Origin: Octopus sinensis
Lineage: Eukaryota
Reading direction: 5' to 3'
Assembly (NCBI RefSeq): GCF_006345805.1
Contig: NC_043002.1
Coordinates: forward strand, 46,252,001-46,316,000
DNA: 64,000 nucleotides
How positions within the stretch are numbered: position 1 is the stretch's first letter; every line of letters starts with the position of its first letter. This document shows, piece after piece, positions 51,750-64,000 of the stretch. Under the pieces are notes generated by a model. The model worked only from the letters and a program-made list of their open reading frames with translations. It searched no databases and was not told where the DNA came from. The position numbers and the translations under genes are program-made.

Positions 51750-52010
51750 CACACCACAAGGTCCAACGGAACTTGCTGAAGCAAGCCAGCACGCTCGCAG
51801 CATTACCATGGGCGATGGCGAGGCAAAGGCATTTGGAAAGCCTGATACCTCGGTGAGGCGAATTGCCAATGTTGACGAGAATGTCGTCGTTAGTGACCCA
51901 GTCCCTCCAAATGTCTCAACCACCACAGGTTGGAAAAGATAGTTCACTGTCAGATCCCAATACTTCATGGTTTTGTTCCGTTCGGCTACAGAAGCAGTGA
52001 CCCTTCCAAC
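51750..52010 (-). mobile_element. CRE-like non-LTR retrotransposon, restriction-like endonuclease C-terminal fragment
   Basis: AERNKTMKYWDLTVNYLFQPVVVETFGGTG...LAIRLTEVSG, resembling AExxKxxKYxxL...FxPxAxETxGxWG. Confidence 0.75.
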
Positions 52011-53417
52011 TGACACTTTATATATGCCTTAAACACTTGGTGAAATCTTTCAATACTTCGAGTATCTCATACATGATGGCTGCCCCCTCGCTATCGAGTA
52101 TGGCCATTGCACGAAGCTTAATCAATGTTGCTATCGTGCAATGCCTGTGCAAGAAGATTTTTTTTTTAAGTGAAGAAAGGCTGCTGTGCACTGAGTCAAT
52201 TCCACTCACTAAGCAACAGCAGCCATAATCCGAAAAGAACAAGTCAACATCATCGGTAACCACTGAGCCGCAGGTTTTATGTCGGAGTTATCCCAGTTAC
52301 CTGAGTTACCTTCTCCTAGAAAGATGCCCTAACAAAGGCTAGGAGTCCTTCACTCCCAATGCGAATCAGGTATTCAGTCCGATTATTTCTATGTCCCCGC
52401 GCATGATACAGCCTTAAGACATTTATTGGATGGCCGTTGACTCTCAAGAGTTCCTCCGCCCTTTGACGGGTTTTGTTTTTCATCCCGCAGGGTGTCCAAT
52501 AAACACCCTCCTCACCAAGCAAGCTTGGTGGGGTTGCCGGTTTAGTCGCTGACGACCCGATCAGGCAACAGGTTGTACTGGGTTACATGTTACCAGTAGC
52601 ACTCGAAAGTGACCTGACATACATACATACATACATACATACATGCATACATACATGCATACATACATACATACATATATGTATGTGTATGTGTGTGTGT
52701 ATTTACTTGTTTCTGTCATTAGACTGCAGCCATGCTGGGGCACCGCCTTGAAGAATTTTTAGTCGAAGGAATTAAGCCTAGTACTTATATATTTTTTCTT
52801 TTGTTAAGCCTGTTATTTTATCGAAATGTTGCCGAACCACTAAGTTACGGGGATGTAAACACAGCAACACCGGTTATCAAGCGGCAGTGGAGGATAAACA
52901 AAGACATAAAGTCCTTGCATTTGTGTTTGGCTCCCACCATCGCTTCACGACTGGTGTCGGTTTGTTTACATCCCCAAGATCTAGCGGTTTTGCAAAAGAA
53001 ACCGATAGAATTAGTACCAACCATTCTGTTGGTCTCTTTTGCCGAACCACTTAGAGACAGGGATATAAACAAACCGATATCGATTGTTAAGCAGTGCTGG
53101 GAGACAAACACAAAACTAACACAAGGACAGACATACGCATACATATATATATATACACACACACTCACATATATATATATAGAGAGAGAGATGCGAGAAG
53201 GGGAAAGGAGTGAAAGGGAGAGAGAGAGACAGAAGGCGAGAGAGTGGGGTGCTTCTACATAGTTTTCATTTATCAAATTCAATTGCAAGGGTATTGGTCA
53301 GCCGGAGGCAAGTGTAAAAAACACTTGCGCAAGGTGCCGCGCAGCGGGACACAACCTGAAATTATGTAATAGCAAAGCGAGCTTTTTCACCATACAGCTA
53401 TGCCTGCACACAAGCGC

Positions 53418-53839
53418 GCGGATCTTTTCGGTTTGAACGGCAGTTTTTAAAAATAATTTCCACGTAACTAAACACTTTTAAACTTCGTATACTGGTAGAT
53501 TGTGTTTATAAAACATCTTTTTCTCTTGGCTTTATTGAGAAAATTCTATGGTTTGTAAGATATTTGTTGTTGTTTTTTCTTCAATTTCCGCAATTTCAAC
53601 CAATCAATGACATCTATTGAGGTGAAAACATTCCGTGCCGTATGAATATGTCCCTCGTTTAAGAAAAAGATTGGGTTTATTTACATTTCTGAAGAAAAAA
53701 AGATACCTTTCCACCCACCCCTAACCCTAACCCTAAAACAGATTGAAATGCAATAGATCGATACTAGGGTCATAATTATGGTTGACAATTTCATATGACA
53801 CCGCTAGAAAAAACTGCTGTTCAAACCGAAAAGATCCGC
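53418..53839. mobile_element. Non-autonomous TIR element, 31-bp TIRs, internal (CCCTAA)3
   Basis: GCGGATCTTTTCGGTTTGAACGGCAGTTTTT / AAAAACTGCTGTTCAAACCGAAAAGATCCGC (1 mismatch). A 39-bp direct repeat flanks it at 53379-53417 and 53840-53878. Confidence 0.9.
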
Positions 53840-55075
53840 GAGCTTTTTCACCATACAGCTATGCCTGCACTCATGCGCGCGTATACATAGTTTCTCTCTC
53901 TCTCTCTCTCTCACGCACACACACACACATTCACACGCACACACACATACACACACTCATACACATACTCACACACGAATCTGACGTTAACTGTTGTTGT
54001 CTAACCCCGAGTCAACTCCCAATCCAGCAAGCCGATAATCAAAATCATTCCGTTCATGATGATTTCATCCTTATTTTTAATTTTGACATAACATATCCCG
54101 GATTACATTATTAAATGTATCCTTTAAATACTTTAAACAAAAATTAGATAAAATAAAAGATAGTAAGGGTGTGACGTAAAGGAGATTTGGGCTTTAAAAA
54201 AAGACGAGGTGGTCACGTTTGAAACGCTTTAAAAAAGACTGGGTGGTCACAATTGGAATGCAGTAAAACAGGTAGGATGGTGACGGTGGAAACGCATTTG
54301 AAGAAAGATTAATCTGACGCACTATTTTCTATTAAAAAATAAAAATTAATTTCAGACGCTAAACTAGGAAAACACTTGTGTGTGTGTGTGTGTGTGTGCG
54401 TGTGAGTGTGTGTTTGTGTGCGTGCGTGCGTTTATATTTAAAAAGAAATATGGCCGAGAAAAAAGCGGTGCCTTACGAACGAAGTTCCTTGCAAATATAT
54501 GGCCATCGTGTTTTATATAGACTGACATTTTTCTTGTCACTCTTTGCTTGATTTGGTGATCCGTTTCGCGAAAAAGCTTGTAACTAGCGACGACGCTATT
54601 GTTCACGAATTGCTATATAGAAAGTAAAACTAACTGTGAAACACGGGTAACTCAAGAGGAGGGAGGGAGGAGAGAAAGTAATTTTGTTGTTGATAACGTA
54701 AGAAGACAGATAAAGTAATAACAACAAAGGCGAACGGGTGGACTGGATATGAAAATGCCACCAAAACAACAACCCCCCATTATTGGTAAGAGTGAAAAAG
54801 TCAAAAACCCTTTCCCCCCCTCCCGTCCATCAATATCCGCTGCTGTCAGTCATCTCGTCGCATTATGGTGAGTTTTTATCTGATGTCGCTAATGCAGCTT
54901 TCGAACAGTTTCACGAGTTATTTCCCTTTACCCTTCCGCATTGAAGTGATTTTACTTTATTGTTTTCTCTGAAAACCGTGAATAATCTTTTCTATTTTAT
55001 GCACAAGGCCCGAATTTTTTTTTTTGCGGGGTGTGGGGGGTGCCAATCAATTAGATCGACTCCAGTACGCAACTG

Positions 55076-56995
55076 GGTTAATATAGGGCGTAACAAATAT
55101 CAGAAAATCAAAAGAAAAATGTGTGTAATAGGTGTAAAACAACTTCCTATGAACGAATATGAAAAAAAAATTCGCGCACGCGAAAGGGGGGTGGGGGAGA
55201 TCCTCGGAAAATTCACATCGGAAGTTCCGAAAGCGTCTGAGGAGCTGACCGGGCACCAAAACAAAAAAAAATAGTGTAATATGTGTAAAACAACTTGCTC
55301 TAAACGAATATGACAAAAAAAAATGCGCTCTCGCGAAAGAGGGGTGGGGGAGAGGCCTCGGAAATTTATATCGGGAATTTCCGAAAGCGTCTGAACCGGG
55401 CACAAAAACAAAAACAAAAACAGCGTAATAGGTGTAAAACAACTTGCTCTAAACGACTATCATGAAAAAAATGCGCGCTCGCGAAAGGGGGGTGGGGGAG
55501 AGGCTTCGGAATTTCACATCTTCAGTCCACGGCCTTTAAACTAGAAAAAATAGTGTAATTGGTGTAAAACTACTTGTTCTAACGAGTATCAAGAACACAC
55601 ACTCACACATGAATCATAAACTCCGTATTTCGCAAAAAAAAAAAAATAAAGAGAAGAAATTCTGGAAAAAGTGAAGAAATGTTGGATCTCATTCCTTGGT
55701 TAAAGCTATTTTAAACATTAAATTTATGCTTTTCTTTGAAATAGTTCAGATATATGCAATTCTTCTCACTTATTAAGATGCATTTATCAGAAAAAAAGAG
55801 ACAGAAAAAGTAATTATTTTGTGTCAATCCTTCCCTAATTATCCTTTATTAATTAGTTTTGGCGTGTATTTTTTTCCCAAATTTATTTTTTCACCTTTAC
55901 AACACTGTTTAGTAAAGCAATTAATTATCTTTATAATTTGCATATTTGACTTATTAATCAAAATTCTCTAGATGTAATATATACTAAGTAATGCATCCTT
56001 CATTTATGTGTTCCGTTCTGTATTATGCATGGTGACTGTTTGTATGTAAGTGTGTTTAACTGTGCACATGAATGTGAATATTAAAGAACATATTTATTTA
56101 CTATGATTGTTATTTTCAGAACAAATAAATCTTTTGGCTGTTATGTTATTGATGTTATTATTATTGCTAGTTAAAGGGTGGTGACTTGGCTGAATATTTT
56201 GAGTCTTGTAGTATGTAGTTGTGTTAGTCAATATTCTGAGTTCAAATCCAACTCATTTCTTTATCATCATTATCGATGGACCCCTCAAAGAGGTATGTAT
56301 ACATTATCATTTTCGTAACATAATTTCTGTAGTATTTCAAGATGTTTCTGACACGTATTTTGATTCACATGGCGGAGATCCAACATTTCTTCACTTTTTC
56401 CAGAATTTCTTCTCTTTATTTTTTTTTTTTTGCGAAATACGGAGTTTATGATTCATGTGTGAGTGTGTGTTCTTGATACTCGTTTAGAACAAGTAGTTTT
56501 ACACCAATTACACTATTTTTTCTTAGTTTAAAGGCCGTGGACTGAAGATGTGAAATTTCCGAAGCCTCTCCCCCACCCCCCTTTCGCGAGCGCGCATTTT
56601 TTTCATGATAGTCGTTTAGAGCAAGTTGTTTTACACCTATTACGCTGTTTTTGTTTTTGTTTTTGTGCCCGGTTCAGACGCTTTCGGAAATTCCCGATAA
56701 AATATTCCGAGGCCTCTCCCCCACCCCTCTTTCTCGAGAGCGCATTTTTTTTGTCATATTCGTTTAGAGCAAGTTGTTTTACACATATTACACTATTTTT
56801 TTTTGTTTTGGTGCCCGATCAGCCCCTCAGACGCTTTCGGAACTTCCCGATGTGAATTTTCCGAGGCCTCTCCCCCACCCCCCTTTCGCGTGCGCGAATT
56901 TTTTTTTTCATATTCGTTCATAGGAAGTTGTTTTACACCTATTACACACATTTTTTTTTTTGATTTTCTGATATTTGTTACGCCCTATATTAACC
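55076..56995. mobile_element. Foldback-type DNA transposon, ~620-bp modular TIRs, 8-bp TSD
   Basis: Arms 55076-55690 and 56375-56995, ends GGTTAATATAGGGCG/CGCCCTATATTAACC, TSD CGCAACTG at 55068-55075 and 56996-57003. It interrupts a family B SINE. Confidence 0.93.
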
Positions 56996-57661
56996 CGCAA
57001 CTGGTACTTAATTTATCGACCCCGAAAGAATAAAAGGCAAAGTCGACTTCGGCGGAATTTGAACTCAGAACGTACACCGATTTAACTTTTATCTTTATTT
57101 TACTTCAGTCATTGGACTGCGGCCATGCTGCAGCCTTGAAGAGCTTAGTTGAACGCATCGCCCCCACTTCTTATATATTATTTTATTGTTTCGCTTGTTT
57201 CAGTCATTTGACTGTGGCCATGCTGGAGCACCGCCTTTAGTCGAACAAATCGACCCCAGGACCGGAGTTGACTCGTTCGATAAACCCTTCAAAACAGTGC
57301 CCCAGCATGGCCTCAATATGGTGTACATTACGATTATGTCAGATCTTGTTTTCTCATAACTTTCAGAAATAAAAAACACCTAGTACTTATTCTGTCGGTA
57401 TCTTTAGTGGAACCGCTAAGTTACAGTTGTCAAGCGATGGTGAGGGGACAAACACAGGCATACAAATATATACCCGACTGGCTTCTTTCAGTTTCCATCT
57501 ACCAAATCCACCCACAAGGCTTTGGCTGGCCTGAAGCTATAGTACAAGACACTTGCCCAAGGTTCCACGCAGTAGGACTAAACCTGGAAAGTATATGGTT
57601 GCGAAGCAAACTCCTTACCACACAACCACGCTCGCGCCTAATATATATTATTATTATTATT

Positions 57662-57890
57662 AAGGCGGCGAGCTGGCAGAAACGTTAGCACGCCAGGCGA
57701 AATGCGTAGCCGTATTTCGTCTGCAGTTACGTTCCGAGTTCGAATTCCGCCGTGGTCGACTTTGTCTTTCATCATTTCGGGGTCGCTAAATTAAGTACCA
57801 GTTACGCACTGAGGTCGATATAATCGACTTAATCCGTTTGACTGTCCTTGATTGTCCCCTCTGTGTTTAGCCCCTTGTGGGTAGTAAAAA
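57662..57890 (+). mobile_element. SINE family B, near full length
   Basis: AAGGCGGCGAGCTGGCAGAAACGTTAGC...GAGTTCGAATTCCGCC...GGGTAGTAAAAA. Further copies near 19391, 24102, 29253, 29480, 44445 and 49040. Confidence 0.85.
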
Positions 57891-57908
57891 TATATATATA
57901 TATATATA

Positions 57909-57941
<33 letters not shown>

Positions 57942-59690
57942 ATGTAAATTGAAAATAGTCATATTTTAGGCTGTCACCTATCCCAACATACATTTTATAC
58001 ATACAAAATACTCGAGATTTTGTAAAAATCTTATGATGACGTCAGTGTGTATGTGTGCGCATCCACCAATTTTTTACTTCTCTCTCTTTCGCATTAAATT
58101 CTGACATAATCCTAATGTACACCATATGAAAGGCTTTGGATCTGTTCAGTTTGGCGCACATACTTTTTTTTATAACTAAACAGTTTAAAACTTTGTATAC
58201 TGGTGGAATTTCTCACCCAGAACTGTTTGGTTTTAAAAAATTAATCAAAAAATCTGTGAGCCAAAATGAACAGATCCAAGGCATTTGTTGAAAATATTAA
58301 AAAATACCCATTTTTCTTAAAGTTATGAGAAAACAAGGTCCGATTGGGTGAGGAGGGGACACACTTATGCAAGTATCTTTTACGGCGGCCATGCTGGGGC
58401 ACCGCTTTGAAGGTGTGGGGGATTTTGCAAGCATGAAGTGGATTCGATCCACCACAACCAAATTTAAATTAACACTGCAACAAAACTTTTCCCACGATGG
58501 AACAATGGTTTTTTTCTCTGACGGCAATTTTACATTTTCCAGATACCTTTAGCTAGGCCGAAATAATGCCTTCACCACTTGACCCTTTCTAACCTCTTCT
58601 ACTTCACCAAAAGCTAGAATAGAGATAACAAGACCACCAACTAAATCTATTGTTCTCAATGATATAGCTATCCTTCTGGGTCTTTATATAAGCAAGCATA
58701 CCCCAAGCAAAAATCAGTTAGTCACCAGTCGGTGACGACTCAACCAAGTAGCCACATCGGTGACGACGAAGTCTGGCTGACCAGCTAAAACATTGGTCAG
58801 CGTGAGAAATGAAGTTTACTGTCAGCAACTGTGAGACAACGTCCTACACCCTACAACTCTCACAAGCTTTAATTCTGTTTTCTTACAACATCATTCTATC
58901 GCTATCTGTGGATTACTACAAACAATTTGTGTACGCCAAACTATGCAAAGAAACATTCTACCGCATCAAACTTTGCTTCGCATGCTTTTAGATTTATCAT
59001 AACCTGCCCGTCGAGACAAGGTATTTGTAACGTAATGGTAAATAAATACTTTCTTAAAACTTCATGCATTGTTCATCTTTTACATCCTACAACATGCCAT
59101 TATAACAACAACTTTTTACCCACGACAACAGCTGACTACGACATCATCATAATATTGTTTTCAAATCAATCTTACCCGTTACAGTTGGTAACTACACCAA
59201 AATAAAATCCTTATCGTTACAAAGGGTTTATTGAACGCGTCAATACCAGAACTTTTTGTAAGCCTTAGAACCTATTCTCTCGTTCTCTTTTGCCAAACGG
59301 CTCTGTTACGGGGACGTAAACAAACCAAACCGGTTATCAAGCAGTGGTGAGGACAAAGACATACATACATGCATACATTCTTTATGCACGTATATATACA
59401 GAGAGGGGTGGAGAGAACACATTTGCTAAAGGTGACACACAGTGGGACTGAACCTATGACCAGGCGGTTGAGAAGCAAGCTTCTGAAGTACACAGCCACG
59501 CTTGCGCCATATTTTATGGCTGTTTAACACTTAATGTTGCTTTGACTAAACATATTCCAGCCATCACGAACTTTCCAAACATCACATAATGTTATAACAA
59601 TGAAGTCATTTGTCAGCATAACGGAGTGTGGTTTAAAGTAGATTTGACTTAACTCTTGTAAATCAAGTGAGCCTGTTGAGTAATGGTTCT

Positions 59691-59953
59691 CAACCGGGGT
59701 CTATGTAACCCTTGGGGGTTCATATAAGATTTTGCTGTAAAAATTTATGCACAATAAACTGGTTATATTTCTATAATACACAAAATATTTAAGTATGTTT
59801 TTAATATATATATATATATACACGATTCCTAGTAATATTTAATTATAAAAATCAAATAGGAGCTTTTTCGACATCGAATGTCTATGAGTGTCCTACTCCC
59901 TGAATAAAATAGAAATCAAAGTGGTCCAAAGACAAAAAATGGTTGAGAATCGT
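59691..59953. mobile_element. Diverged MITE, hAT-like termini
   Basis: TAATGGTTCTCAACCGGGG ... AAAATGGTTGAGAATCGTC, imperfect TIRs; TSD not recognisable. Confidence 0.5.
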
Positions 59954-61306
59954 CGATTTAAGAGGCTCCTTCTTTGACTCTTTTTTTATCGTATGATGCG
60001 AGGTATCCCGGATCTAGACTTTCTCATTCGCAAAATGAGCCCCCTTTAATTTTGCTCAGATTGCTTTCAGTTTTGGTGTATCAGTGCAACTCTGAATTTT
60101 GATTACGATCAACCAATCACTTTATCAAGAAAATTAAAAAATCTGATGTATTTGGAATTAAAGTTGGGAAATTTGGGTAATCTTAGCCAATCAACAGACA
60201 GCATGATATTAGCAGCTTATTACTATGACAACCGCACGTTGTGTTGTGTTTCACCCGCATGTGTTGATTCTTCCCACCACAATATTTACTTCACCCACGT
60301 GTTTTGTTTTAATTAAAATTTATATTTCTCAATTAGAATTTTATTATAGATATTTTTCGTCAAGTGTCTTAATATTTTACATATTTTTCATATATAGCAA
60401 AAGTTGTTTGCGATGTTTATACAGCTTCTTGGGATTATGTAGGTGAATGGAATATGTGAACAGATAATTCGACACTATTTTTGAATTCTGCGTGCAAAAA
60501 CATACAAGATACAGGTATTCTTTTTCTTGAGGAAAATTCTTTGTTGACCAGTATTATTCTTATCGTAGTTTACAAATCCAAACATGAAAACGTTACTCAA
60601 CTTTGAAGTTTTGGAGACAAACGCCCCCTTTTCATACACACACACACACACGTGCACTTATATATTAATGATGTACACAAATACATGACAGGTATATATA
60701 ATACTGAAATACGTATAGAGTAAACACATGCAGACAAATATATTAATATAACAAATTGAAAAAAAAATAATATAAACATTCAATCAATGAAGAGACAAAA
60801 GAAACCAGTAAGATGATACATGTTGATTTTATTAGGTATTTCTGTTTATTTAGAAACCTACAATGAAGATGGCATTTCACAGAGTACGACCTTAAAGTTG
60901 ACACTGCTCTGCTAAACGCAGAAAATTTCTGTCTCGCTATTAGCTAAAACTACACAATTTTTCGGTATTTAAACCTCTGTAACTTTTTTCTCCACAATAT
61001 TATACCTTCATAGTAATTAGACTGGAAAACTTCATTATTATAGCTGATTTTCAGATTTTTTACTGTCTTTTTTAAAAGATGGGTATTTTGCGAATGAAAA
61101 AAAAAACTAGACCCACTATCTCTACTGGAAACACTGGAAACTGCCGTTGTCGTACCTCATCCGAATTATATCTTATATATATCTGCATGATTCCGGGTTC
61201 AGTTCCATTGCGTGGCACCTTGGGGAAACAATAATCTACAACAGCCTCGGGCCGACCAAAGCCTTGTGAATGGATTTGCTAGATGTAAACTGAATAGGCA
61301 CGAATC

Positions 61307-61341
<35 letters not shown>

Positions 61342-61381
61342 TATAAATGAAAGAATGGAGTCGAACGACGATTTAACAAAA

Positions 61382-61480
61382 TTCCTTTATTCTCGACATA
61401 TGTTTCGAAGACTGCATATTCTTAATGCCGAAGGAATAAAGGGTGCATTATGCCGCCTTCTCATCGGGAAAGACAAGGAA
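61382..61480 (-). ncRNA. Hammerhead ribozyme, left-arm copy, core variant CCGAUGA (U4C)
   Basis: Reverse complement of 62766-62864, except that TCATCGG at 61461-61467 replaces TCATCAG and there is one change in the helix II loop. Confidence 0.8.
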
Positions 61481-62765
61481 CTTATGTCAGCATCATGACG
61501 AACAAAAACTTTTAGATGACTGCCCACACGGAGTCCATAGTGATAATGAGTGTTTCTTTAAAATATTCCGTTATAAGCAGTGACGTAAAATTGGTTAGAT
61601 GGAGAATATATTAAAAAGTTCAAGAGTTCAAAAATGGTTGGAAGGGGAAAGTTCTAAGAAAAGGAAGGTGACAGAGTGCAAGTCGTATGTATGGGGGTGC
61701 GTTGTTGTTTGCTTTTGCTAGTGAGATTGAGTGCCTATGTGTGAGTATGTATATAACTGCATTCGTGTCTATGTGTGTGTGTGGGGGATAAATGCCAAAT
61801 ACATCTAGTGGTGAAGTGACAGGTTTGTGTCTGTGTGTTTGATTGTGCTTATGATAGAGAGAGGGAGAGGTAGAGAGACAAAGGTAAAACATATCCCAAC
61901 GAAATTTGGTAGTAGGCCTTCATGTAACAGAGTATAAAAAAAATTGTCTATGGTGGTGTTGTAGAAGTGGAACCAAATTATTAAATTCAAGGAGGTTATC
62001 TATATTAATCATCATTCATATGAGTGGAAGGTGTGTTTCTGCTAGTGCATGTACCTATAGGATTTTTCTACCATTGTGTTTACCAAAGGGAATTTGGCGA
62101 AAAGTATATGGAAAAGATCGGAATTACAGACGCCACAATGTTTTCTGCCCTTATCAAAAGGAAAGGATACAGACAATATGGCAGAAACACACCTTCCACT
62201 CATATGAATGATGATTAATATAGATAACCTCCTTGAATTTAATAATTTGGTTCCACTTCTACAACACCACCATAGACAAATTTTTTTATACTCTGTTACA
62301 TGAAGGCCTACTACCAAATTTCGTTGGGATATGTTTTACCTTTGTCTCTCTACCTCTCCCCCTCTCTCCCTCTCTCTATCATAAGCACAATCAAACACAC
62401 AGACACAAACCTGTCACTTCACCACTAGATGTATTTGGCATTTATCCCCCCACACACACAATCACGCACACACATAGACACGAATACAGTTATATACATA
62501 CTCACACATAGGCACTCAATCTCACTAGCAAAAGCAAACAACAACGCACCCCCATACATACGACTTGCACTCTGTCACCTTCCTTTTCTTAGAACTTTCC
62601 TCTTCCAACCATTTTTGAACTCTTGAACTTTTTAAAATATTCTCCATCCGACCAATTTTGATGTCACTGCTTATAACGGAATATTTTAAAGAAACACTCA
62701 TTATCACTATGGACTCCGTGTGGGCAGTCATCTAAAAGTTTTGTTCGTCATGATGCTGACATAAG

Positions 62766-62864
62766 TTCCTTGTCTTTCCTGATGAGAAGGCGGCATAATG
62801 CACCCTTTATTCCTTCGGAATTAAGAATATGCAGTCTTCGAAACATATGTCGAGAATAAAGGAA
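62766..62864 (+). ncRNA. Type I hammerhead ribozyme, intact core
   Basis: CTGATGA 62779-62785; helix II GAAGGC/GTCTTC extended by GCATA/TATGC; GAAA 62840-62843; helix III AC-atat-GT (palindrome ACATATGT); GTC cleavage after 62851; helix I TTCCTT-gtc..TTTC / GAGA-ata-AAGGAA, i.e. 4 bp, a 3x3 internal loop and 6 bp. Confidence 0.88.
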
Positions 62865-63051
62865 TTTTGTTAAATCGTCGTTCGACTCCATTCTTTCATC
62901 TATTCATAGTAAAAAAACACACAAATTTCCATACGAAAGCACGTGATTTCTGCCCTTGGCATGTAGCTTCAACCGTGTTTTCTGACGTAAATTTGCTACC
63001 CGGGTATCGGTTAACCGAATTATCCATACTAGGATAATTCACTCAACTACT

Positions 63052-63103
<52 letters not shown>

Positions 63104-63694
63104 GCAGCGTGTAGATGTAACAGTAATAGATGTAAAGTTATCACGACGGAGATACCAAGCGAAGAACAATCGAAGAATAAAGAACATTATTTACTTGTTA
63201 AATTGCCCGCAGTTGTTAATAAGACTGACAAAGTATTGCCATAATAGTCACTAACAGGTTGTTAATAAGGTTGTGGTAATTGTACATAGACGAATGTGAC
63301 AGCTTCGATTGCTGGTTGGCAGTTGTGCGAAAGTGAAGTGAGGGAAGAAAAACTGACTGTTGTTCTCAAGTTAAGAAAAGGGTTTTATTTTATAATCTCA
63401 GGCGCACTTGTGTCTCCTCCGAGACACAAGAATCGCTATTTCTTATCTAGTTTTCAACTCCAGATGACCTATAGAACTACTTAGACTAAGGCAGTGAGAT
63501 AGAAAAATGACAGCTGACCTCAAGAGTTCTGATCTGATATGTGTTAAACAAAGGGAAAATGTTGCAGTGAAATCTAAGTTACGGTTTCTATTCCTAAGTT
63601 AGGCAGCCAAAAAATGAGCGTCTACATATGCATATATCTATGTGTGTGCGTCTTTGTGTTTGATCCCTAACTCTGTTTATCAACCAGTGTTATT

Positions 63695-63733
<39 letters not shown>

Positions 63734-64000
63734 CGCGCGTGTGTGTGTGTGTCTTTATGTTTTCACTTTCCCGTAACCTAGCAGTTCAGCAAAAGAGATC
63801 AGCAGATTAAGTGCCACCTTTCAAGGCAGTGCCCCAGCATGGCTTCAGTTCAATGACTAAACAATGTAAAACATAAAAGATACATGATATATCTATATAT
63901 ACCCACTCCATATTGCTTTCCAAAACAGGTCAACAATTTTTCGGTCAAATCTGGCGATATTTTGAGTTGGATAGGGCGTGTCATCATTATTGCAATGGGG

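Larger units (their letters stand above)
61347..62899. mobile_element. Fold-back element, ~700-bp arms and 138-bp spacer, each arm ending in a hammerhead ribozyme (PLE pLTR or retrozyme-like)
   Basis: Arms 61347-62042 and 62181-62899 are reverse complements, with about ten substitutions and a few indels by eye. Confidence 0.9.

Noticed and set aside
53719-53736. Telomere or interstitial telomeric array
   Set aside because: Only three units, and they are internal to a TIR element.
55126-55570. CRISPR-like repeat-spacer array
   Set aside because: The ~150-bp units are similar along their whole length with no unique spacers, are mirrored in the opposite TIR, and the context is eukaryotic.
62024-62218. 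Protein-coding remnant in the fold-back spacer
   Set aside because: Neither open frame shows an RT or GIY-YIG motif that I can recognise; left unassigned.

Overview
AT-rich, microsatellite-saturated animal genomic DNA. The tRNA-derived SINE families, RTE and Penelope fragments and repeat density suggest an octopus or other coleoid cephalopod (inference; no search was run). One protein-coding gene could be reconstructed by hand on the + strand: 15 GT-AG exons from 3378 to 39815 with fully consistent phases (about 870 codons; the signal-peptide exon probably lies upstream of the window). It encodes a MUC4/SUSD2/Mesh-family type I membrane protein: NIDO-AMOP-VWD (with a GDPH site)-spacer-EGF-like repeats-TM-tail. 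A second 5' splice site 5 nt upstream in the TM exon could switch to a different, longer cytoplasmic tail ending at 42396. The rest is mobile-element debris: SINEs, three Penelope-like fragments, RTE, CRE-like, R4/Dong-like, an internally deleted Ty3/gypsy element, mariner, a Helitron and MITEs. The most unusual structures are: (i) a 1.55-kb fold-back whose ~700-bp arms each carry a type I hammerhead ribozyme, one with an intact core and one with a U4C change (61347-62899); (ii) another hammerhead in the sense strand of a gene intron (9569-9640); (iii) a 1920-bp foldback transposon with ~620-bp modular TIRs, GG termini and an exact 8-bp TSD splitting a SINE (55076-56995); (iv) a TIR element flanked by a 39-bp direct repeat (53418-53839); (v) a recurring set of near-perfect 100-240-bp palindromes, several starting directly at (TA)n tracts. 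All coordinates were counted by eye; TE boundaries are approximate unless defined by TIRs or TSDs.
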